Below, piece after piece: positions 55,947 through 64,000 of a stretch of 64,000 nucleotides of DNA. The stretch spans positions 143-64,142 of the forward strand of contig JACRJQ010000007.1 of the NCBI GenBank assembly GCA_016215405.1, given 5' to 3'. Numbering within the stretch: position 1 is the first letter of the stretch; every line of letters starts with the position of its first letter. A model generated the notes under the pieces. The model worked only from the letters and a program-made list of their open reading frames with translations, ran no database searches and was not told where the DNA came from. Source of the DNA: Candidatus Tayloriibacteriota bacterium (GTDB lineage: Bacteria; Patescibacteriota; Minisyncoccia; Phycocordibacterales; UBA6065). Position numbers and translations under genes: made by a program.

Positions 55947-58385
55947 ATGAGAAACAAAAACGCTTTCGCCGCGGCCATCTTCATCCTCGGGCTCATAAGC
56001 CTCTTGCAAGGCGGCAGCTCGAGGGCCCAGACGACTCAGTGCGACTGGAGCCTCCAATACCTCAAGACGTCGACGAGCGCGTGCATGCCGCGATCGTATT
56101 GCTTCGACCTCCTCAACCCGGAATACAAGACCAAAGAATGCGAGGGGGTGCGAGGGCTCCTCAATACCGTCTACACGACGCTTTCGACCTCGGGCACGAG
56201 CGGATCGACAGAGGCTACGTACACGGCGCCGACGACAAGCTCGGAATCGGGCGCGACCTCCGGCACGACCTATTCCGGAACAACGGCCATACAGACGGAG
56301 ACGGCCTATACGGTCGAGCTTCGGGCGAGCGGGGCGGAATGCGGCAGCGGCGCGATAAAGCTCTCGTGGTCGTCTCCCCTCGGCTCTGACGGATACAAGG
56401 TGCTGCGTGACGGGACCGAGATATACTCTGGCGCGCAGACGGAACTCGTCGACAAAGGGCTAAGCCCGGGCAAGCGATACTCATACGCGGTCTATTCACG
56501 AAAAGGAGATCGAGCATCCTCTGCATCGCAAGCAGCAGAGGCCCCCGGCCCCTGCCCTTCCACGGCATCGACCGTAGAGACCTCGCTCCAGACTACGGTC
56601 CAGACGGCCACAAGCGCCATCGCTTCGACCACGGATCAGACGAGGACCTGCGATTGGTCGAAGGAATACCTGAGGAGCTCGACTGGATCCTGCTCTCCCC
56701 GCGCGTATTGCTTCGAGCCTTCATGGGCCGAATACGGTTCAGGAGAATGCCAAGCGATACGACTTGCGTCGGGGTATTCGGCGTCGGATAGGATCGGAGA
56801 GCTACGAGAGCTAAAGGCGGCGCCGCAAAGCTGCGGAAGCGATGCGATATTCCTTTCGTGGCAACCGTCGGAAGGAGCTCTCGGCTACAAGGCATACAGG
56901 GACGGCACGATAATCTACGAAGGAAGGAACTCGTGGATCTACAGTACCGGACTCGAGCCCGGAAAGTCGTATTCCTACTCGGTCGTCGCGTTCAACGCTT
57001 CGAGAGAAAGCGTCAAAGCGAGCGCGAGCGCGAAGGCTCCAGAGAGATGCGCCGCCGACCTCCCTTCCGCCGATCCGTCTCCTGAAAAGGCGAAGCGATC
57101 GCCCGCGCCTGAAACGAAGGCCGCGCCCACGGCGGTAACCGCGACGGCGACTCCGTCCGCTCCAAAGACGCTCTCTTCCACGACGCCCGTCGCGCAGACG
57201 AGGCAGTGCGACTGGCAGAACGAATACCTTAAACAGGAAGGAAAGGTCTGCGCTCCCCGCTCCCTCTGCCTCGACGAAGGGTCGTCCGAATACGGGTCGC
57301 GCGAATGCGCAAGCGTCCGCGCGAGCTTCGACGCGAAGACGGCGGCGATAAAGCGCGAAGACAAAAAGCTCGAAGAGGCCTCGCAGAAGACGCACGAGAT
57401 CGCATCGAACATAGAGGCGACGAGGGTTTTGGCAGAAGAGGCGAAGAAGAGCCTCTTGAGCGCCATAGAGAAGAGCGTAGGAGGCGCGACGACATCGCCC
57501 GAAAGCGTCGACCCTAAGAAAAAAGAGGCTCTGGAGGACCTCAAGGAAAGGCTGGTCGAGAAGGTCGAAGCCCGCCTCTCGTCGACGGCTCTCTCGCCTG
57601 ACGGCATCGAGTCCCTCGCGAAAGAGATAGACGACGGATTCAGGGAGATCGACGGCTCGTCCACCCGCTCCGACGATATCGCGCGGGCATTCCTAGAATT
57701 CGATTCGAAGATAAGCCTGCAGCGAGAAGAGCTCGTCAAAAACGGCGGCGACCTCCTCTACAAGGACTCCAACGCCGACGGCATATCGGACTACGACGCC
57801 ATCCACCTCTATGGCATGGATCCGGAGAAGCCCGCGCCCGTAAGCGAGCTCGACGAGAAGAGGCTCGCCCCAGCCGAGAAGATACTCCTCGGATACGATC
57901 CTGCCCGAGAGGACCTCGTGAAGATACAATACGAAGAGCCGAAAGAGTCGTTCGCCCCGATAGTGGAGACATACAAGGTCGAGGAGGTCTCCCTCGCCGA
58001 AGGGGACAAGGTCGTGCTCAAAGGCAGGGCCCTCCCGAACACGTTCGTCACTCTCTATATCTATAGCACCCCTATCGTCGTAGTGGTCAAAGCCGACGAA
58101 TACGGCGAATGGGAATACACCCTCGACAAAGAGCTCGAGACCGGAGAGCACACCGTATATACCGCGTCGGTGAACAACAGCGGAAAGATCGTCGCCCGCG
58201 GGTCGGCCGTTCCGTTCATAAAGACCGCCGAAGCAGCGACGCTCGATATCTCTTCTTACCGCCCCGCAACCGATCTCAAACCAGGGCTCATAAACGCCCG
58301 CGACATGGGCGCGATAGCCGTCGCCCTCCTCGGCATAGTGCTCATATCGATAAACCTCATAGGCATGGCGCGAAAGAAAGAGTAG
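55947..58385 (+). CDS. Large surface protein with Cys-rich repeats, FN3-like domains, an Ig-like domain and a C-terminal TM
   Basis: Signal peptide; three CDW..EC repeats; two LSW...GY...RDG...GL.PG..YSY.V; DSNADGISD; G.ALPN..VTLYIYS.P. Confidence 0.85.
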   Translation: MRNKNAFAAAIFILGLISLLQGGSSRAQTTQCDWSLQYLKTSTSACMPRSYCFDLLNPEYKTKECEGVRGLLNTVYTTLSTSGTSGSTEATYTAPTTSSESGATSGTTYSGTTAIQTETAYTVELRASGAECGSGAIKLSWSSPLGSDGYKVLRDGTEIYSGAQTELVDKGLSPGKRYSYAVYSRKGDRASSASQAAEAPGPCPSTASTVETSLQTTVQTATSAIASTTDQTRTCDWSKEYLRSSTGSCSPRAYCFEPSWAEYGSGECQAIRLASGYSASDRIGELRELKAAPQSCGSDAIFLSWQPSEGALGYKAYRDGTIIYEGRNSWIYSTGLEPGKSYSYSVVAFNASRESVKASASAKAPERCAADLPSADPSPEKAKRSPAPETKAAPTAVTATATPSAPKTLSSTTPVAQTRQCDWQNEYLKQEGKVCAPRSLCLDEGSSEYGSRECASVRASFDAKTAAIKREDKKLEEASQKTHEIASNIEATRVLAEEAKKSLLSAIEKSVGGATTSPESVDPKKKEALEDLKERLVEKVEARLSSTALSPDGIESLAKEIDDGFREIDGSSTRSDDIARAFLEFDSKISLQREELVKNGGDLLYKDSNADGISDYDAIHLYGMDPEKPAPVSELDEKRLAPAEKILLGYDPAREDLVKIQYEEPKESFAPIVETYKVEEVSLAEGDKVVLKGRALPNTFVTLYIYSTPIVVVVKADEYGEWEYTLDKELETGEHTVYTASVNNSGKIVARGSAVPFIKTAEAATLDISSYRPATDLKPGLINARDMGAIAVALLGIVLISINLIGMARKKE

Positions 58386-58429
58386 CGAAGCAAAAGCCGC
58401 GCACGGAAGTGCGCGGCTTTTGCTTCGCT
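58384..58429. terminator. Bidirectional terminator (21-bp stem)
   Basis: agcgaagcaaaagccgcgcac-ggaa-gtgcgcggcttttgcttcgct. Confidence 0.85.
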
Positions 58430-58430
58430 C

Positions 58431-58832
58431 TTAGGCCCAAGAAGCGAGCACCGCGCCGGCGATAAGGAGATAGACGAGCCAGTAGCCGGTATTGATAAAG
58501 AAGAGAGACCAAGGCTTCCCTTCCCAGCCTGAAAGATTGAGATACGCGGGAACGATGAATCCTATCCAGCCGAAAAATCCGGCGAGCATGCCTGTCATGA
58601 CGCCCGCTTGAGCGATGCCTGCGGAGAGGACGACGCTCATGAGGGCGCCGCCTATAAGCGAGAGAACGATAGGTTTAAGCATCGTCCTAAACGGCGGCTT
58701 CTCCTCCGGGACCGCCAATCCGGAGAGCACGGCCCACTTCTTGCCGAAAAGCGGCCCGTACCATAAAAATCCCAGGAAAATGGAGGCTATCGAAACGACC
58801 AGGACCGCCCAGAGATTGACATCGACTTGCAT
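58431..58832 (-). CDS. DUF1761 family membrane protein
   Basis: N..AVLV, G.LWYGPLFGK.W, WIGF..P, LF.IN.GY. Confidence 0.9.
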   Translation of the reverse strand: MQVDVNLWAVLVVSIASIFLGFLWYGPLFGKKWAVLSGLAVPEEKPPFRTMLKPIVLSLIGGALMSVVLSAGIAQAGVMTGMLAGFFGWIGFIVPAYLNLSGWEGKPWSLFFINTGYWLVYLLIAGAVLASWA

Positions 58833-58987
58833 ATATTCGCGTTAACTATTTATAACCCTTGCATTATATACGCACCATAGACGGCGTTTCTCCCCGTCGC
58901 CGCTAGAAACAAGGCGCCGAGCGCAGACGTACACCTTATAAGCACCAACGGCGCAGGCCTTTCCTTATTTCAATGATTAACGAAAAC

Positions 58988-60793
58988 ATGAAACAAATAG
59001 TACGCAAATCCATCTCGGCAGCGGTCCTTCTCGCCCTCATCGCGGCGCCGCTCTTCGAGCCCTACCCTACGGAAGCGGCGGTCTCGGGCTGGCAGAAAGG
59101 CGTGTCGATAGCATCGAGATGGAATACGGATTTTTCGAGCGATTCGTTCAAAGAGTCGGTCCGCAACGCGAAAGCGATGGGGGTCACGCACGTGACGCTC
59201 GTCATCCCCTACATGCAAGACACGTATCAATCGTCGAATATATACCGAGTAGCGAGCACGCCGTCCGACGAGACCCTCGGCGCGGCGATAGATTACATAC
59301 ACGGACAGGGCATGAAAGCGGTGCTCAAGCCGCACCTCGAGGTCGCGAATTCCGGATGGCGCGCCCTCATCGAGGCGTCGGACCGAGACGCCTGGTATAG
59401 GAGCTACGGCGATATGCTCAATCGCCTCGCCGACGTCGCGAAGAGCCGAGGCGCCGATATGATCGTCATAGGGACCGAGCTTATCGGCATGGCGTCCCCT
59501 TACGTCCATCCGAACAACACCGATCGATGGAAGGCGATGATAGCGGCGGTGCGCTCCCGCTATTCCGGCCCTCTCACCTATAGCGCGAACTGGGGTCGGG
59601 GCATAAACCACACGAACGAGTTCGAGCAGATCGGATTCTGGCCCGAGCTCGACTACATAGGCGTATCGGCCTACTTCGACCTCAACCAAGACTGGAACAA
59701 CAATTCCGTAGAGTCGTTCAAGTCCGCATGGCAGACGATCGACCAGAACCAGATACAGCCGCTGCAGGCGAAATACGGAAAGGCGGTGCTCTTCAGCGAG
59801 ATAGGATACAAATCGACGGACGGCGCGCATACCCAGCCGTGGGAATACAACCTTAACGGCAACTACAACTCCCAGGAGCAGGTCAATCTCTATCAAGCGC
59901 TCTTCGAATACTGGAACAATCGCTCGTACCTCGCGGGGATATCGATCTGGCAATGGTCAAGCGACCCGAACTACGGCGGTCAGGGAAACACGGACTACAC
60001 CCCGCGCAACAAGCCGGCCGAAGCGACGATCAAGTCCTGGTTCGGAGGCTCGAACCCGACTCCGACCCCTGATCCGGATCCTACCCCTACCCCTACCCCG
60101 ACGCCCGCCCCCACCGGAAGCTGGAGCTCGTCAGGGTCTCTCTCCGGCAGCGCTACCGTAGGGTCTTCCGCGACCCTCGCCGCGACCGTGAACCTCTCCG
60201 GAGAAGCCCAAAACGTGATCGCCGACGTCGAGATATACGACTCCTCGAATTCCAAGATATTCCAGAAGTTCTTCGAGCGTCAGAACATATCCCAATCTGC
60301 GCCCGGAAGCTACAGCGTGACGTGGACCCCGCCCGCGGCCGGCGCATACACCCTAAAGATCGGAACGTTCTCCAACGACTGGAGCGCGAACCACCACTGG
60401 AACGACAGGGCCCTCGCGTTCTCTGCGACAAATCCGGGAGAGACGCCGCCCCCGACATCGACGACCACGCCTAACCCGACCCCTCAGCCTACGGCCTACA
60501 AGACCGATATATGGTGGCCGACGAACGGAGCGTCCGTAGGAGGCACCCAGCCCTTCAAGGCGATGCTCCAGAACAAGGGCGTCTCAGAATACAGGATGTA
60601 CTGGCAGGTAGACGGCCGCGAGCTCGTCGAGATGTGGAACAGCGACGTCGACTACCCTCACAAGGAATTCCACGTAGACCTCTCGGGCTGGAATTGGAAC
60701 TCCAACAACCGATACATCGTGAACTTCGTCTCCAAAGACCTCTCGGGCAACACTATCTCCGAAGGAGCGGCGGCGATCTACGTCGCGAGATAG
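58988..60793 (+). CDS. Secreted glycoside hydrolase family 113-like enzyme with P/T linkers and two C-terminal beta-sandwich modules
   Basis: VLKPH, WR, IGTEL, LTYSANW, FW..LD.IG..AYF.L, FSEIGY; signal peptide. Confidence 0.85.
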   Translation: MKQIVRKSISAAVLLALIAAPLFEPYPTEAAVSGWQKGVSIASRWNTDFSSDSFKESVRNAKAMGVTHVTLVIPYMQDTYQSSNIYRVASTPSDETLGAAIDYIHGQGMKAVLKPHLEVANSGWRALIEASDRDAWYRSYGDMLNRLADVAKSRGADMIVIGTELIGMASPYVHPNNTDRWKAMIAAVRSRYSGPLTYSANWGRGINHTNEFEQIGFWPELDYIGVSAYFDLNQDWNNNSVESFKSAWQTIDQNQIQPLQAKYGKAVLFSEIGYKSTDGAHTQPWEYNLNGNYNSQEQVNLYQALFEYWNNRSYLAGISIWQWSSDPNYGGQGNTDYTPRNKPAEATIKSWFGGSNPTPTPDPDPTPTPTPTPAPTGSWSSSGSLSGSATVGSSATLAATVNLSGEAQNVIADVEIYDSSNSKIFQKFFERQNISQSAPGSYSVTWTPPAAGAYTLKIGTFSNDWSANHHWNDRALAFSATNPGETPPPTSTTTPNPTPQPTAYKTDIWWPTNGASVGGTQPFKAMLQNKGVSEYRMYWQVDGRELVEMWNSDVDYPHKEFHVDLSGWNWNSNNRYIVNFVSKDLSGNTISEGAAAIYVAR

Positions 60794-60877
60794 AATCCAC
60801 AGGCGTCGTTTGACCTTCTCGCCAGCGGGTATACGATAGAACCCAAGACACCTTCCACCTCCGACCCCGAAACGCCT

Positions 60878-61194
60878 ATGTGCCTTATCATCCGAGACCA
60901 GCTGGTCAGCCCTCCGACCTGGTTCGCCTCGTTCAGAGACCTCACGCTCTACTGCAACGTGTTCTTGGGCGCCGAGATCGTCATCGAATCAGAAGACCCG
61001 GACCCATTTTGGAGATGGATCCGGCAGAGGGGGGCATGGATTTCGTCGAAGACTTCGTAAGGCCAGGAAGCCAAGACGGAGTCCGCCTCGACATCGAAGC
61101 CAACTATCCGCGCACGATAATCACGGATAGGATAGCCCCCGAGAACGTCCACAGGCTCATCGCGCAGATCAGATTCTGCAGCGGCTTGAGCTGA
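60878..61194 (+). pseudogene. Hypothetical protein split by a frameshift in a G6 run
   Basis: Adding one G at 61029-61034 joins MCLIIRDQ...WIRQR to GGMDFVEDFV...FCSGLS; own promoter and terminator. Confidence 0.7.
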
Positions 61195-61301
61195 GAGCAA
61201 CAAGGCGCGGTCGCGAGATCGCGCCTTTCGTTTTGAGACACATTTGTTTTCTCCGGCACGTACTACCTACGACCGATTAGGAAGATTCACGAACAAAACG
61301 A

Positions 61302-61850
61302 ATGAACACGAGAAAAGACGGCGAGACGAGGACGATCGGGGTCACTTTCTCCGCGTTCGACCTCTGCCATGCGGGCCATATGAGGATGCTTAAGGACGCC
61401 AAAAGCAGGTGCGACTATCTCATCGTCGGCCTCCAGGACGATCCTGCGCAAGAGAGCGACGAGGGGTATCGCCTCCGGACAGGCGGCAAATCGAAGAACA
61501 GGCCGATCATGTCCCTCGACGAGCGCATGGAGATAATCAAAGGCATACGGTATGTAGACGAAGTGTTCGTCTATTCAACCGAGGACGACCTCTATGACTG
61601 GCTCAAGAGCAACAGATACGATGTCCGCATCCTCGGCTCGGACTGGGAGGGCAAGCCGTATACGGGACACGACCTTCCTCACATGCCCTACTTCCATCGG
61701 AGAGACCACGGCTACTCGACCTCGGAGCTGCGCGAGAGGATCTATAGGGCGGAAAAGGAAAGGCTCGAAGCCCTCCAGGCCAAGGCAGGAGAAGAGGCGC
61801 CGAAAGAGAGGCGCGGAAGCGCAGGGCCGTTCGTCGCCAAAGCGGCCTGA
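61302..61850 (+). CDS. Cytidylyltransferase (glycerol-3-phosphate cytidylyltransferase-like)
   Basis: FDLCHAGH, CDYLIVGLQ, ER..I...RYVDEV, R.HGYST.ELR. Confidence 0.92.
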   Translation: MNTRKDGETRTIGVTFSAFDLCHAGHMRMLKDAKSRCDYLIVGLQDDPAQESDEGYRLRTGGKSKNRPIMSLDERMEIIKGIRYVDEVFVYSTEDDLYDWLKSNRYDVRILGSDWEGKPYTGHDLPHMPYFHRRDHGYSTSELRERIYRAEKERLEALQAKAGEEAPKERRGSAGPFVAKAA

Positions 61851-62028
61851 CCCGCCATTCCGCCGAAAATACATGAGCAGGCAGACGTCAAGTCTACCTG
61901 CTTTTATATGGCTCAACGAGGCCGCTGTGCAGATTAACTTGCCTTCCATACCCCTTCATGTATACTCGCCGCGCTCCTGAACGTCCGACCTGACCGAAAT
62001 TCCGTTAGCACTCCTTAAAGCACTACTC

Positions 62029-63771
62029 ATGATCATTTTGAGAAGGCCCCACGGCCTTTCGGATATGTCCTTATTAGCGTTACTCATCCTCTTCGGCGCC
62101 TTCTTCGCGGGAATCCCTGCGAATGTCCGCGCAGCAGAGGCTGTGGAGGTCTGGTGGCCGGCGCAGAACGCGTCCGTGCAGGGAACCCAGCCCTTCAAGG
62201 CGATAGTATCGGGCAAGGCCCTTAGCGACTACCAGATGTCCTGGTCTGTCGACGGAGGCTCCCCGGTGAAGATGTATGACAGCAATGTCGACTACCCTCA
62301 CAAAGAGGCCCTGGTCGACGTATCGAATTGGAAATGGAACTCGAACGGAACGTATAGCGTCTCTTTTATCGCCCGAGACGGATCGGGCGCCGAGATAGCG
62401 CGAAGCGTCGTATCGATCAAGAACTCCGGACAGGCGGCCGCTCCGGCTCCCGCGACCTCTCCTCAGGCCGTGACCCTCACAAACCCTACTGCTCCTGCTC
62501 TGACCGCCCCGACCACGGGCGCGACGAAGACAGTAACCGCAAGGCTTGCAAAGGTCACCTCTCCCCTCGTCGGCGCGCGCGTCTCTGGCGCGCAGGCCCT
62601 CAAGGCTGTGGTCATAGGCTTGCCGCTCGAAGGCTACAAGATGTATTGGTCCGTCGACGGAGGCGCTCAGAACGAGATGTATGACTCTTCCGTAGGCGGC
62701 CTTCATAAGGAATCGATGATCGATTTCTCGAAATGGACCTGGAAAGGGAGCTCTCCCTACCCTATAACCGTCGTCGCGAAGAACGCGGACGGCGCGGAGA
62801 TCGCGAGAACGTCGACCCTCGTGTACGTCGTAGCGACGCCGGCGGCGCAAACGTCCGCGACGACCGCGGATACGGCCCCGGTAGCGCAGGTCATCTCCCC
62901 TGAGGCGAACGTACAGCCCAAACTCTACGTCGACCCTAACAACCCTGCGATCGCCCAAGCGAGCGCGTGGAGGCAGTCGCGTCCGAGCGACGCGGCGATC
63001 ATGGATAAGGTCGGGGCGAACTCGTCGGGCATATGGCTCGGCGGATGGAACGCCGACGTCGAATCAGACGTGCGAAAAGCGGTGACGGCGGCTTCGACCC
63101 AAGACGCGGCGGCGGTATTCGTCGCCTACAATATCCCCGGGCGAGACTGCGGACAATATTCTGCGGGCGGGCTTTCGGGAAAGGAGGCCTACCTCTCGTG
63201 GATAGGAAAGATCAAGGCCGGGATAGGTAGCGGGAAAGCTATCGTGATCCTCGAACCTGACGCTCTTACCTTAAACGACTGTCTCTCGGAGACCGGCAAA
63301 GCGGAGCGCTACGGCACACTCTCATCGGCGATAGACTCCCTCTCGGCGAATCCAGGGACCAAAGTCTATATAGACGCGGGCCATCCGCAATGGCTCTCCT
63401 CGACGGAAGCGGCGAGCCGCCTCGAAAAGGCGGGCGTCTCTAAGGCCGCAGGGTTCGCCCTCAACACGTCGAACTTCATAGCGACGGCCCAGAACATCGC
63501 CTACGGGACCGAGGTCTCCAAAGCGGTCGACGGCAAGCGCTTCGTCATCGACACGTCCCGAAACGGGAACGGCCAGGGAGAGACCTGGTGCAACCCTTCG
63601 GGCAGAGCGCTCGGAGAGAAGCCCGGCCTTTCGACCGGAAACCCTCTCGTCGACGCGTATCTCTGGGTGAAAAAGCCCGGAGAGTCGGACGGGAGCTGTA
63701 ACGGCGGCCCGTCCGCCGGATCGTGGTGGCCGGAATACGCGCTCGATCTCGCGAAGCGCGCAAGCTACTAG
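62029..63771 (+). CDS. Secreted glycoside hydrolase family 6 (endoglucanase type) with two N-terminal modules
   Basis: YNIPGRDCGQYSAGG, VILEPDAL, YIDAGH, NTSNF, VIDTSRNG, WCNP, DAYLWVK.PGESDG. Confidence 0.93.
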   Translation: MIILRRPHGLSDMSLLALLILFGAFFAGIPANVRAAEAVEVWWPAQNASVQGTQPFKAIVSGKALSDYQMSWSVDGGSPVKMYDSNVDYPHKEALVDVSNWKWNSNGTYSVSFIARDGSGAEIARSVVSIKNSGQAAAPAPATSPQAVTLTNPTAPALTAPTTGATKTVTARLAKVTSPLVGARVSGAQALKAVVIGLPLEGYKMYWSVDGGAQNEMYDSSVGGLHKESMIDFSKWTWKGSSPYPITVVAKNADGAEIARTSTLVYVVATPAAQTSATTADTAPVAQVISPEANVQPKLYVDPNNPAIAQASAWRQSRPSDAAIMDKVGANSSGIWLGGWNADVESDVRKAVTAASTQDAAAVFVAYNIPGRDCGQYSAGGLSGKEAYLSWIGKIKAGIGSGKAIVILEPDALTLNDCLSETGKAERYGTLSSAIDSLSANPGTKVYIDAGHPQWLSSTEAASRLEKAGVSKAAGFALNTSNFIATAQNIAYGTEVSKAVDGKRFVIDTSRNGNGQGETWCNPSGRALGEKPGLSTGNPLVDAYLWVKKPGESDGSCNGGPSAGSWWPEYALDLAKRASY

Positions 63772-63804
63772 TCCCCTCTCTTATTCCCCTACAAAGGCTT
63801 GCAG

Positions 63805-63853
63805 CACAAGCAAAGCAAAGGCGCCCCTTGCGGGCGCCTTTGCTTTGCTTGTG
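63805..63853. terminator. Bidirectional terminator (22-bp stem)
   Basis: cacaagcaaagcaaaggcgccc-cttgc-gggcgcctttgctttgcttgtg. Confidence 0.85.
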
Positions 63854-63864
63854 GAGCCCGGCCG

Positions 63865-64000
63865 CTAGGACGCCTTCTCTCCGCTCCTCGACTTGAGCTC
63901 GGCCATCTCTTTCTTTAGCTCCATCATCTTGAGCTCTCGATTGACCATGAGCTTGTTGAGCTTTTCAACTTCATCGAGCCGCTTCTGCAGCTCGTCGTCG
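63865..64000 (-). CDS. 3' end of a protein with a coiled-coil RELKM tail (partial; probably PAS/sensor-type)
   Basis: ...LQKRLDEVEKLNKLMVNRELKMMELKKEMAELKSRSGEKAS*. Confidence 0.75.
   Translation of the reverse strand, partial: DDELQKRLDEVEKLNKLMVNRELKMMELKKEMAELKSRSGEKAS

Noticed and set aside
62005-62030. CIRCE element upstream of GH6
   Set aside because: Only the TTAGCACTC half-site is present; there is no GAGTGCTAA 9 nt later.

Overview
Apart from its first ~740 bp, the window looks like chromosomal DNA of a Patescibacteria/CPR (Parcubacteria-like) bacterium. This is inferred from gene content: a secG-oppA-like-rnj block, groES/EL, LemA, Gmad2/eight-Cys, SIMPL, DsbB+Trx, Pif1, large TM-anchored surface proteins, many short ORFans and almost no biosynthesis. 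Bases 1-738 (pdxH plus a truncated aminotransferase) appear to come from another source. There is one tRNA (Gln-CTG) with an att-like duplication. No rRNA, CRISPR array, integrase or transposase was seen. An AT-rich defence island (37.5-41.6 kb) carries a PD-(D/E)XK nuclease, Dam-like and DpnA-like methyltransferases and a GmrSD-like protein. Main observations: (1) a small winged-HTH gene associated with four copies of a 28-bp palindrome, one forming its own 3' end; (2) two promoter architectures, with leaderless core genes (TGnTAnnnT 6-8 nt before the start) versus dispersed self-contained single-gene cassettes (TTGAC-N16/17-TAnnnT, A/C-rich leader, terminator) carrying genes unexpected in CPR (beta-barrel protein, FliA-type sigma, orphan ParB, IMP cyclohydrolase); (3) secreted GH113 and GH6 enzymes sharing an unnamed ~95-aa domain; (4) a surface protein with a new-looking four-Cys repeat; (5) two related fold-back intergenic elements. 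All calls come from reading motifs by eye; no database search was run.
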